Below, in pieces: positions 25,967 to 37,330 of a DNA stretch of 64,000 nt. The notes under the pieces are model-generated. The model searched no databases and was not told the DNA's origin. It worked only from the letters and a program-made list of their open reading frames with translations. Positions within the stretch are counted from its first letter, which is position 1. Every line of letters starts with the position of its first letter. Source of the DNA: Felis catus (taxonomy: Eukaryota); contig NC_058368.1 of NCBI RefSeq assembly GCF_018350175.1, positions 120,778,001 through 120,842,000 of the forward strand, read 5' to 3'. Made by a program: the position numbers and the translations under genes.

Positions 25967-26859
25967 TCACAGGGTCCCCCTTAGGATCTCTTGTAGGGAT
26001 GGTTTAGTGGTGACAAATTCCTTCAGTTTTTGTTTGTTTGGGAAGACTGTTATCTCTCCTTCTATTCTAAATGACAGACTTGCTGGGTAAAGGATTCTCG
26101 GCTGCATATTTTTTCTGTCTAGCACCCTGAAAATCTCGTGCCAATTCTTTCTGGCCTGCCAAGTTTCAAAAGAGAGATCAGTCACGAGTCTTATAGGTCT
26201 CCCTTTATATGTGAGGGCACGTTTACCCCTTGCTGCTTTCAGAATTTTCTCTTTATCCTTGTATTTTGCCAGTTTCACCATGATATGTCATGCAGAAGAT
26301 CCATTCAAGTTACGTCTGAAGGGAGTTCTCTGTGCCTCTTGGATTTCAATGCCTTTTTCCTTCCCCAGTTCAGGGAAGTTCTCAGCTATTATTTCTTCAA
26401 GTACCCCTTCAGCACCTTTCCCTCTCTCTTCCTCCTCTGGGATACCAATTATGCGTATATTATTTCTTTTTAGTGTATCACTTAGTTCTCTAATTTTCCC
26501 CTCATACTCCTGGATTTTTTTATCTCTCTTTTTCTCAGCTTCCTCTTTTTCCATAACTTTATCTTCTAGTTCACCTATTCTCTCCTCTGCCTCTTCAATC
26601 CGACCGTGGTGGTTTCTATTTTGTTTTGCATTTCATTTAAAGCGTTTTTCAGCTCCTCGTGATTGTTCCTTAGTCCCTTGATCTCTGTAGCAAGAGATTC
26701 TCTGCTGTCCTCTATACTGTTTTCAAGCCCAGCAATTAATTTTATGACTATTATTCTAAATTCACTTTCTTTTATATTATTTAAATCCTTTTTGATCAGC
26801 TCATTAGCTGTTGTTATTTCCTGGAGATTCTTCTGAGGGGAATTCTTCCGCTTGGTCAT
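25967..26859 (-). pseudogene. L1 ORF1, disrupted
   Basis: ATG 26859 MTKRKNSPQKN...; coiled-coil and IIGIPEEEE/ENFP/YPASLSF motifs; frameshift near 26603 and in-frame TGA 26288-26290. Confidence 0.93.
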
Positions 26860-27783
26860 TTTGGATAGTCCCTGGCGTGGTGAGGACCTGCAGGGCACTT
26901 CCCCTGTGCTGTGGTGTATAACTGGAGTTGGTGGGCGGGGCCGCAGTCAGACCTGGTGTCTGCTCCCAGCCCACCGCTGGGGCCACAGTCAGACTGGTGT
27001 GTGCCTTCTCTTTCCCTCTCCTAAGGGTGGGATTCACTGTGGGGTGGCGTGGCCCGTCTGGGCTACTTGCACACTGCCAGGCTTGTGATGCTGGGGATCT
27101 GGCATATTAGCTGGGGTGGGTAGGCAAGGTGCACGGGGGCAGGAGGGGCAGGTTTAGCTCGCTTCTCCTTAGGTGATCCACTTCAGGAGGGGCCCTGTGG
27201 CAGCGGGAGGGAGTCAGATCTGCTGCCGGAGGTTTGGCTCCGCAGCAGCACAGAGTTGGGTGTTTGCGTGGAGCGAGCAAGTTCCCTGGCAGGAACTGGT
27301 TCCCTTTGGGATTTTGGCTGGGGGATGGGCGGGGGAGATGGTGCTGGCGAGCGCCTTTGTTCCCCGCCAAACTGAGCTCTGTCGTCAGGGGGCTCAGCAG
27401 CTCTCCCTCCCTTTGTCCTCCAGCCTTCCCGCTTTCCGAGCAGAGCTGCTAGCTTATGTCCTCCCAGACGCTAAGTCGCGCTTGCTGTCGGAACACAGTC
27501 CGCCCGGCCCCTCCACTTTTGCCAGCCAGACTCAGGGGCTCTGCTTGGCCGGCGAGCCACCCCTCCGCCCCGGCTCCCTCCCGCCAGTCTGTGGAGCGCG
27601 CACCACCTCGCCGCCCTTCCTACCCTCTTCCGTGGGCCTCTCGTCTGCGCTTGGCTCTGGCGACTCCTTTCTGCTAATCCTCTGGCGGTTTTCTGGGTTA
27701 TTTAGGCAGGTGTAGGTGGAATCTAAGTGATCAGCAGGACACGCAGTGAGCCCAGCGTCCTCCTACGCCACCATCTTGACTCC
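26860..27783 (-). promoter_or_regulatory. L1 internal promoter / CpG-rich 5'UTR
   Basis: Most GC/CpG-rich stretch of the window; the 5'-terminal YY1-like site is degenerate (caccatctt 27769-27777 vs cgccatctt). Confidence 0.75.
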
Positions 27784-30700
27784 TTTCTTTGTCCTTTATA
27801 TTGTTGCTTCACTGCTCTGCCTCATCCATCCTTCCCGCCATGGAAGCCTTTCGAGATTGCAGCTCAGTTATAGCATTTTTTATTTCATCCCGGCTAGCTT
27901 TTACTTCTTTTATCTCCACAGAAAGGGATTCTAATCTATTTTCGACTCCAGCTCATATTCTTATTATCGTGATTCTAAATTCTGGTTCAGACATGTAGCT
28001 TGTATCTGTTGATTAAGTCCTGGCTGTCATTTCTTCCTGCTCTTTCTTTTGGGGTGAATTCCTTTGTTTCATCATTTTGAAGGAAGAAAAGGAATTAATA
28101 ATGTAAAAAATTAAAATTAAAAAATTAAAAACAATGCACACACACAAAAATCAAATAAATGATGCTAGGTATTAGGTGTGTTTGGTCTGGTTATCGAAAG
28201 GAGGTTGACAGATTAGAGAAAAAAGGGGAAAAATGGAAAAAAAAAACAAGGGAAAAAGGAAAACATTTGAAAATTTGAGAAAAATGAGTACAATGATATA
28301 GAATAAAATGAAATGATGGAAGTAAAATAGAATTTGAAAAATTACAAAAAGTAAAAAATATAGTAGAAAAAATAAAGAAAAATAGTTATAATAAAAATTG
28401 AAAATAAAAATAAATTTTTTCTCTTTCTGTATTCAAGAACAAAAAAGAAACGAAAAGAAAAAAAAGGAAATTCAATAGATGGACCAGCAAACAGACTGAA
28501 ATAGGATAGAAATTACATCGTTTTGCCCTAGAAGTCTTACTATGAAGCACGTTATAGTCTGTAAACTAAGCAGGTGGCGAGATTTGTGGTGTTCCTGAAG
28601 AGGGACTTTGGCCCAGTTGTGTGGGGCTTAGTGTAATGGCTCCATTGTCCACTAGATGGTGCTGCTTAGCGTACTGGGGTGGATTATTGTGGTGCTTATA
28701 GGTGTGTATGCGCATGTTCAGGAGGGGTGAAAATGGTATCCCCCAGCTACCCAGTCTCTAGTATCAGAACTCTGTGCCCTCCCCAACCAGTAATCGCACA
28801 CCCATCCTTTGTCTCTGGCTTCTGTCCACTCCCTGCTTTTATGCTGTGACCAAGCCATCAGTTTGCCAGATGGCACCTCACTTCTGAGGGACTGCAGCTT
28901 TGACCCGCTCAGATCCTTTGCAGGAGGGTCTCACCAAGCAATGGCCCAATGCCAGCCACACCCAGGAACGTTCTCAGGATCGTGCTGCTGCCAATGCCCA
29001 GAGACTGTGGCTGGGTGGGTGCCAGTCCACCCCAGAAAAAGTTCACGTGATCATGTAGCAGTGGCATTTCAGGGATTACGGGAAATCACAACACACATCT
29101 GGCACCAGTCTTCACCCTTAATGAACTTGTTCCAGAACCAGTGAATGTGGCTGTTCTTTGGAGTCTTCTGGGACTAGGTGGCCACACAGCCTCTACAAAA
29201 TGTCCTTGCAGCAATGGTACCGCTTCTCCCCATATGGCCCAAGGACGTCCTGGACCCCACTTTGCTCCTGGGGATCCTTCCTTCCCACCAGAGCACTGCC
29301 AGGTATTGAGCTGTGGAGTTTCAGACTCTGCGCTCTCCCTGTTTATAGACTTTTAATGGAATTTAAACTCTCTCCTTTCTCCTTTCTCCCTTTTTAGTTC
29401 AGTCTCTGTGGCTGTTTCCACTTTTCCACTTTCTCTCCAGCTGGTTTGTGGGGGGAGGGTGTTTTTTCCCATATTCTCCCCCCATCTCCATCCTCTCTCC
29501 ATAGGCAAAAACAGCTCCCTGCCCTCTATGGCTTCTCTTTCCCCCAGTTTACCTCTCCATGCCACGTACCTGCTGAATTCTGTGGTTCAGGTTGTGCAGA
29601 TTATTGTATTAATCCTCAAATCAGTTTTCTAGGTGTGCAGGATGGTTTAGTGTTGATATGGCTGTACTTCATGGATATGAGATGGAAAAAAAACTTCCAT
29701 GTTGTTCTGCCATCTTGGCTCCTCCTTTGAATTCTTTTTCATTTTCAATTTGTTGCAGGTTAAGGAGTTGTAGATGATTTTTAGAAATTGATCTTGTATT
29801 TCTCAACCTCCCTAAACTCATATCTTAATTCTAATAATTGATCTGTAAAGTTGTTGGATTTTCACTGTGCACAAGTGTGTTATCTGCAAATAATGACAAT
29901 TTTATTCCTTCATTTGTAATTCTTTCATTTTCTCTTCAGCACAGCCTAGGATCTCTTGTTCTTCATTTAATAAATTCAGTGAGGGTAGTCTCCTCATCTC
30001 TTACTGATTTCAAAGAGAAGAATTTTGACATTTCCTCATCAACTTTGATATTTTCTGTACATTTTATAATAGTATACCTTTATCATCTGAAGAAGGTCTC
30101 TTTCTTGATTTGGCCACTTTTGAAGAGAATGTGGGAGAAACTACCCACCTTCGAGGCTGAATAGTTTTTATGGTTGTTTCTCTACACCTACCACGCAATC
30201 CCAAAGTTAATACCATATATTTTAAGTTTTTATCATGACACCATTCCATATCTAGGTACTATTTTTTTTGTCTCTGCCCAAATTTAATGTACCATAAGAA
30301 GAAAACCCAAAGTCTCAGTGGCATTCCACAATTGGTTGGTATGTGTCACAAGCTTTGGAGCGGCTAGGTTATCTGTGTTTCAGCATGTGATTCTGTGTTC
30401 ACATATTCTAGATAATTCTCTTGAATTCATTTTCTTCTTTGTTTAATTGAGACTGACAATCTTTTCTCTTGGGGATATTTAATTTCCATTTAATGTAATG
30501 ACAATATTTGTAATATGCATCTTATTAGGTATTTTTAATTTATCCTACCTGTTATATATTACCATTTCTCTCATTTTGTTTTCTGGATTGAGTGTTTTAT
30601 TTTTTAATCCTTCTTGGAGGCTGGAGGTTTTTCACCAGTCATCAATTTTTTAAAGATTATCCTAGAAAATTTAATTTGTATTATTCACTCATGAAAATCT

Positions 30701-31946
30701 TTTAATAATTGATACATTTATCCTCTCTTCCCAAAATCAATCCACCTTATAATCCAATGACTTTATTTATCTCCTCCCAAATTACACACTAATGTATGTG
30801 TATGTGTGTATAAAACCTCATTATTTTTCTTTTATAGAAGCAATGCTTATTTAGGTATGACCATATATCTATTTATTTTTCTCTTTAGTTTTTTTCTGCA
30901 TCTGATTTTCTATTTGCAATAATCTTTTGTCTGAGGTCACCCTTGAGAATTTTCTTATTTTGTAAGCTGTCTGGTGGTGAACTGTCAGTTTTCATTTGTT
31001 TGAAATGTCTTTATTTTGTTTCCATGTTTAAAGCACATATTCACTTAGTGGAGCTTTCTAGGTTGGCAATCATTTTTCTTTAATATAATGAAGAAATCAT
31101 TCAAACATTGTTGTTGCTGAGAACTCAGCTCACAGTTTATTTTTTACCTCCTTGAAAGTAATCAAATTTTTGTTTCATTTTAAGACTTCTCTTTTTTTTT
31201 TAACAGCATCACTGTGATGTAATTAAACGCACCCTTCCAAAAAATTATTCTATTTAGCTTTCGATGAGCTTCCTTAATACATGGTTTGATGTGTTTCATC
31301 AAGTCTGGAAAATTCTTAGGCATTATTTCTTGTAATGGAATCTGTCCATTTGTCTTCACCTTTTGGTACTCAAAATGTGTGTATATGTGTATAAAGTCTT
31401 CCCACTGTCTTCTCTGTTTTTACTCTCTACATTTCCACATTTTTGTTGCTCTGTGCCTGATTTTTTTCTATATATATTTCACTTCACTGATTGTGATTTC
31501 ACCTCCATCTAATCTGCTCTTAAACCTGTCCACTGAGTTCTTAATTTCAGACATATTTCTTCAGTTACACATTCTCATTTATTTCTTATCAAGTTTCTAT
31601 TATAGCATTATTTGTAGATTGAAATTTTCTGTCAAAATAATAATGTTTGGCTTTTATTTATTTATTTTTTTGGCCATAAGCATGTGGTTTATGTCTTCTA
31701 ATATCATTATCTGAAGTTCTGGGGTCTGTTTCTATTGTCTGTTTTTTTGCTGGCTCTCCCTCATGCTGTCTATATCTTGTTTTCCTTTTTTGTTTCCTGG
31801 AAATTGTATTTGAAAATTTCTTTGTAGAAATAACCTAAGTTCTAGGATGACTTTGCCTTTGCCCAATGCAAATTTTCATTTTTCATTTCCTCACTGTTAC
31901 CTTTAGGATTCATTTCTCCTAGATCCTAACACAGCATAAAGGATAT

Positions 31947-32172
31947 CTTTTTAAAAAAAATTTTTTTTTCAACGTTTATTTATTTTTGGGACAGAGAGAG
32001 ACAGAGCATGAACGGGGGAGGGGCAGAGAGAGAGGGAGACACAGAATCGGAAACAGGCTCCAGGCTCTGAGCCATCAGCCCAGAGCCTGACGCGGAGCTC
32101 GAACTCACAGACCGCGAGATCGTGACCTGGCTGAAGTCGGACGCTTAACCGACTGCGCCACCCAGGCGCCCC
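31947..32172 (-). mobile_element. Very young felid Can-SINE
   Basis: CpGs largely intact; 8-bp TSD aaggatat at 31939-31946 and 32173-32180. Confidence 0.96.
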
Positions 32173-32495
32173 AAGGATATACTACTAAGATCCTCTCCTC
32201 TTGTGTATGCTGAACTTTGACTTTTTCCTTTTAGCTCTGTGAGAGCGCTTTTCTAAAAACTATGCTGATGGTGTCTTACTCTTATCTCATTGGGTCTTAC
32301 CATTATATTTTATGCACCAACTTGACTTCCAAATATTAGAATCTGCATTTCTTTGCCTGAGGGCTCTTTCTAGTAGCCACATGCATGGCAGGTCAGCAGT
32401 GACAGAGAAGAGTTGATTTGTTGGGAGTCATAAGCAATGACTAAAGATAGTTGGTATATAAATATTCCAACTCCCTTTTCCCTAGGGTGAAATAA

Positions 32496-32697
32496 TTTTT
32501 TTAAATGTTTATCCACTTCTGAGAGAGAGAGAAACATAGTGCCAGTTGGGGAGGGGCAGAGAGAGAGAGGGACACAGAAACAGAAGCAGGCTCCAGGCTT
32601 TGAGCTGTCAGCACAGAGCCTGACATGGGGCATGAACCACAAGATCATGACCTGAGCTAAAGCCAGATGCTGAACCGACTGAACCACCCAGGTGCCC
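32496..32697 (-). mobile_element. Can-SINE (older of a tandem pair)
   Basis: Minus-strand SINE; imperfect TSD ggtgaaataattttt / ggtgaattacttttt. Confidence 0.9.
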
Positions 32698-32716
32698 TTA
32701 TGGTGAATTACTTTTT

Positions 32717-32940
32717 TTTTTTTTTAAATTTTTTTTTCAACATTTATTTATTTTTGGGACAGAGAGAGACAGAGCATGAATGGGGGAGGGGCAGAGAGAG
32801 AGGGAGACACAGAATCGGAAACAGGCTCCAGGCTCTGAGCCATCAGCCCAGAGCCTGACGCGGGGCTCGAACTCACAGACCGTGAGATCATGACCTGGCT
32901 GAAGTCGGACGCTTAACCGACTGCGCCACCCAGGTGCCCC
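32717..32940 (-). mobile_element. Young felid Can-SINE
   Basis: 13-bp TSD tgaattacttttt at 32704-32716 and 32942-32954. Confidence 0.96.
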
Positions 32941-33495
32941 ATGAATTACTTTTTAATCCTAAGGCCTACACTAGTTACAGAGTTCCCCAGCAGGATTAAG
33001 CTTCAGTTACATTATGGGAACTTGCCTAATGATGCCGTATTTGTCACCATTTCTTTGCTCAGTTCCTTACTCTCCTACCTGTGTTTTTTAGGTTCATCTC
33101 TCAGTAAGTTACTTGCATTCAGCTTTTCCTCAGGGAACCCAAAGTCACTGAGTCAAGGTTTACCTCATTCTCTCAGCTACCTTGGTGGATCTGCAAACTC
33201 TCACAGTATAAAAATGGACTTCGTTACTGGACTCAGTTTTCTAGATTCATGGCTTCTACTAAACCTCATTTGAGTAATTTTTGCTCTGTAGGTAACTCAC
33301 AAATATTATTTAGAAGTTCTTCTTAAACATATTTTATTAATTTTTAAAAACTTTCTTTAGTGGGAAGGCTACTTACTCCAAGTTACCTAGCATAGCATTA
33401 GCAAATGTGGCAATTTCAGCTCTTACCGCCTCATTTTTTTTCATATCATTCTTTTATTCTTTTCTTTGGGAGTCTCACTAAATACATGTAGTGTA

Positions 33496-33654
33496 TTTAT
33501 TTCTGAGAGAGAGAGATAGAGAACAGGGGAGGGGCAGACAGAGAATCCCAAGCAGGCCCCCTGATGTGGGGCTCAAACTTATGAACCACGAGATCATGAC
33601 CTGAGCTGAAACCAAGGTTTGACCACTTAACCCACTGAGCCACACAGGCGCCCC
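33496..33654 (-). mobile_element. Can-SINE, internally shortened
   Basis: gagaatcccaagcagg...agatcatgacctgagctgaaaccaag...cacacaggcgcccc. Confidence 0.85.
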
Positions 33655-34095
33655 TCATTTTAAGTCTTCTCACTCTAATCTGAATATCCTCCAAGTTCTA
33701 CACTGTAATTTCTATTTCTTTTCTCTCTTTGTTGTAATCTGAGCATTTTTTTAGTTCTGTCTTGTAGTAGTTTCCTTCTTCCATCACCTGTTCCTAATCT
33801 TCTGTAAAACCCTTCTAAATTGTATTTCAAATTATATTTTTCATTTTTATTCAAATATTTTTTTTGTTTTTGACATTCAATTTTTATTTCTGTAAACATT
33901 TCACACATAGTTATTTTATATTTATGATTCCAACATCCGAAGTCCTTGGTGGTTTTTTGTTGTTGTTGTTTTTTCTGGTAGCTTATTTCCTTGTGTGTGG
34001 GTTGATTTTTTATTATAAACTCAAATTTGGTTATCATTAATGTGTGGTAAACTTGGGAGCCTAAACTGAGTTTCTTCCTCCAGTGAGAAAATATT

Positions 34096-34294
34096 TTTTT
34101 TAATGTTTATTTATTTTTGAAAGAGAGAGAGACCAAGTTGGGGAGGAGCAGAAAGAGAGGGAGACAGAGAACCTGAAGCAGGCTCTGTACTGACAGCAGA
34201 GAGCCCAATACATGGCTCAGACTTAGGAAGAAACCATGAGATCATGACATGAGGTGAAGTCAGATGCTTAACCAACTGAGCCACCCTGGCACCC
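34096..34294 (-). mobile_element. Can-SINE
   Basis: Minus-strand SINE; imperfect TSD tgagaaaatattt / tgaggaaattttt. Confidence 0.9.
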
Positions 34295-34904
34295 TGAGGA
34301 AATTTTTTTTTATTTTGCTGAAAGCCAGGGAGTGCTATTGAACAATGATGATTTTATTCCTAACCCAATGATGATGAATTAACATGTGTCTCAGATTCAG
34401 TTTTCCCACCTTGCTTCTGGACAAGTCTTGGTCTCCACATCTACACTTGTGAAACAAATTCTTTTCCTCAGTGCAGCCCATGCTTTTTTGGATATAGCTA
34501 CTTCACCACTTTTTACTCCTTACTGGCAATTTCTCTTATTTTCTGAACTCCCAGTGATGCAATAAGAATGAGATTTTACCCAGGATCTAGTTGTTTTGTC
34601 CTGCAAAAGGCCTTCTGAATACCTAATATAGCCTACCGACAGAAGCAGAAACTCTAGTGTAAAACTGTAATTCCGCATTGAGAATCCATGATAAAAATAA
34701 GATTTCTTGGATGAAAATGTTGAGTTTGCAAACTATCTAGAAAGTTAAACTTAAATTCAGATTCATTTTCTTCTGGTTATTTAGACATGGTCTTTGTAAG
34801 TACTTTAAAAATATCACAGACAAAAACGTGTAAATACGGTTCTTTGTAAACTCCTAAATTTGTTCACAGTAGGGCTTCATTCCATTAGTGATCTATTTTT
34901 ATTT

Positions 34905-35085
34905 AAACTTTTTTTTTATTTGACTATTGTTGACACACAATGTTATATTACTTTCAGGTGTTCAACATAGTGATTCAACATCTCCATATGTTATGCTCAT
35001 GACAAGTGTAGCTACTGTCACCATTCAATGTTACTAGAATATGTTGACTATATTCCCAGTCCTGTGCATTTTATTCCCATGACTT
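34905..35085 (-). mobile_element. Short carnivore L1 3'-end fragment
   Basis: Poly(T), then gttgacacacaatgttatattactttcaggtgttcaacatagtgattcaaca. Confidence 0.65.
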
Positions 35086-35114
35086 CCTCTATTTTTAAAA
35101 TTAATTGGGAGATC

Positions 35115-35311
35115 AGTAGATTTTAAACCTACTACACACTGGAAATACCTGGGAGGAATTTTTAAAGCAAATTCCTTAAGCCTAACCTAGATCTGCTCAT
35201 TCAGATCCTTAGGTGATGGGGAACTGGAGAAGTGGGGCCCAGGAATTTGCATTTTGAATAAGCTACCAGGTAATTCTAATGTACAGTCAGTTTTGGGAGC
35301 CATAGGTCTAG
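35115..35311. mobile_element. MER5A/B-like hAT-Charlie MITE relic
   Basis: ggggcccaggaatttgcattttgaataagctaccaggtaattctaatgtacagtcagttttgggagcca. Confidence 0.6.
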
Positions 35312-36361
35312 AAATTGTCTGCTTTGCTTTTACCAATGAGAGATTTTAAGGTTCTTTTATGAAATTATTTTATCAACTACTCATTCGCTCATAACCCCCT
35401 CCCCCACTTATGTATTTGCTGTGCACATAAGAAGTGCTGTGGAGAACATACGATTAATAAAACACATCTTCAGGGAGTTTATAATCTATGTGGTAGAATT
35501 AGGCATGCACTCACATATCTTACGTAAGATATTTTCAGTATCATAAGACAAAGTTCAGTGCTAAAATGGAGTGATCATGCAAATTACTACCATAGTCATC
35601 AGGGCTATTGGCCAAGACCAGAAGTTAAAACTTGAATGGATAGCAAAAGGCTTAAGAGAGAAGAATCAGAAGAAACATAGAAAAACAGAGTTCTCAAAGG
35701 CCTTGGGGTCAGTTAGGCAAAGATTTAGTGAACACAGCAGAAGAGTTTTCTTTCTGTGGTTTTAATCAGATGTTTGAATTCCCTGGAATTTTAAGGTATA
35801 ACAATATACTCTACTAGGATTTGCTAAATAGATGTGAAAAATGCTTTTCAGCCTTGAATAGCTGTGTGTTAATAGAACCATCAGGGGCGGAAAGATGCCT
35901 TCCTGCCAATAAATATTTACTACGGAGGTTTGGATTTAGGGCAACAATTACCATCTCGGTGTTGATTCTCTGCTAGTAAGTTAATGATTTCCTCAGCTGC
36001 ACTTGGTGTCCCATAGCTATTTTCATTCATCATTAGTTGGAAAGAGTAACAATGTGTAGGCTGAATCAATCTTTGACATAAAGTTTGAAGAGGAAAAGGA
36101 CAAGGAAGGGAAATTATGTTGCCTTTGAAATACAGTTGCAGTATACTGGCTCTTGTAGAACCAAGGCTCTAATAACTCTTTTAGGTTTTTCCTTTACACT
36201 CAGCCTTTAGGGAACTCCTTCTTTTTTCATGAAGTTTCCGGTGTCATTTTCTATCATTTTACCCACATTGTTTCCTTCATTAACCACAGGTTTCAATCAT
36301 CGTTTCTTTTTTCTCCTTCTTCATTATCTCTCTTGCTAGAATGTAGCTATCTGAGATGAGC

Positions 36362-36365
<4 letters not shown>

Positions 36366-36423
<58 letters not shown>
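36366..36423. repeat. (GA)n microsatellite
   Basis: 21 perfect GA units at 36366-36407 plus an imperfect extension. Confidence 0.97.
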
Positions 36424-36719
36424 CTGATTAGTTCCACACTTGCATCCCAGAACCTATACATATTGAACTCAGACATATTGAACCCAGTGCTTATTAGATA
36501 TTTGTTGAATAAATAAGGTGCTGAAATGCCACAGCAGTGTGGAATGCTGAGTTAGCATCTAGTGAAATGAATCCAAATTTATAGCAACTGTACTCATTCT
36601 TTTATTTCACTTTGTAAGTAATCTTTTAACTTTTGGGTGCAACTTAGTACCCATATTTTAGTCTCCTCCTTTGTCGTGGCAAAGAAGGCATCTCCTAGCT
36701 GGCTTCTGGTAGTCTTTGC

Positions 36720-37330
36720 TTGGAGTCCATCCTGAAAGTGGATGCTACACCAGTTTTTCTAGAACATTTTCTCCTATCACATATCTGCTCAAAACATTCA
36801 ATAACATCTGATTATTTAGAAAATACTATAGAATATTCATTAGACTGTTTCCTCTAGTGTAATTTCAGCTTTCTTCTCCAACCTTACCCCTCTTTCTCCC
36901 TTGGTGAAATTTCTCTTTTCCTATAGCCTCTTGCTTCCTTCGGGTATATATTATAGACAGTTCCACTTGATGGCACGGTTCATTCTAGCTGGTATGCTAT
37001 TCATCTTTCAGCTGTCTTTTAAAATCCTATTGATTAAAAGACTCAACTGGTAATGAAGGCTTTCACATTAGTCAAGGCCATGGGATTATTCCTTCCTCCT
37101 TATTGTCCCAAAGCCCAAATATCCCTTTACTTTTCCCAGTAATATCTTATGCTTATTATCTGATTTTCATACATAAATTTTCCTGTGTGTATAATCTGCA
37201 TATCAAAGTATCTTATAAATCCCCCTGTATATACTCTTCTGTATTCCCCTACATCTTCACTCAGTGCTGCTGATAGGGTAGACACTCCAAAAAGAATTCC
37301 TGAATGAATGAATCAATGAATTAATCAATC
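36720..37330 (+). mobile_element. Ancient L2 3' portion
   Basis: Ends ctgatagggtagacactccaaaaagaattcctgaatgaatgaatcaatgaa, the L2 tail. Confidence 0.45.

Larger units (their letters stand above)
21868..27783 (-). mobile_element. Full-length (about 5.9 kb) young felid LINE-1, inactivated
   Basis: CpG-rich 5'UTR, ORF1, ORF2, 3'UTR, AATAAA (21882-21887) and short A tail; 12-bp TSD tttgtcctttat at 21856-21867 and 27788-27799. Confidence 0.97.
19088..29725 (-). mobile_element. Carnivore L1 with both termini, internally deleted and split by a younger L1
   Basis: 3' tail/UTR 19088-19490; ORF2 remnants 19500-21158 (ATG 21158); ORF1 28075 to 21256 split at 21867/27788; 5'UTR to 29725 ending gccatcttggctcctcc. 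Confidence 0.88.
32290..33145 (+). mobile_element. Ancient ERVL LTR (LTR16-like), split by two SINEs
   Basis: gttggtatataaatattccaactcccc...cagagttccccagcaggattaagcttcagtt...cagtaagttacttgcattc...gggaacccaaa resembles LTR16. Confidence 0.55.
17850..33420 (-). mobile_element. Ancient L1M element in pieces (about 17850-19080, 29728-30150, 30410-31900, 33150-33420), host of younger insertions
   Basis: Degenerate ORF2 text ends ataaatggtatcttt at 19057 and resumes ttttcattttcaatttgttgc at 29736, followed by FADD-like ttatctgcaaataatgac near 29880; ORF1-like and 5'-end-like text further right. Confidence 0.55.
33425..34655 (-). mobile_element. Ancient L1M/HAL1-like 5' region with ORF1 relic
   Basis: ORF 33675-34037 has an ORF1-like coiled-coil remnant (LEGFYRRLGTGD...LQDRT); 5'-end-like text near 34580-34655. 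Confidence 0.4.

Noticed and set aside
13183..26681. Hydrophobic plus-strand ORFs resembling membrane proteins (e.g. 16135, 23595, 24711, 26211)
   Set aside because: Antisense shadows of A-rich L1 coding sequence, repeated in each L1 copy.
36458..36487. 15-bp tandem duplication acatattgaac(t/c)cag
   Set aside because: Real, but an ordinary micro-duplication within an L2-like relic.
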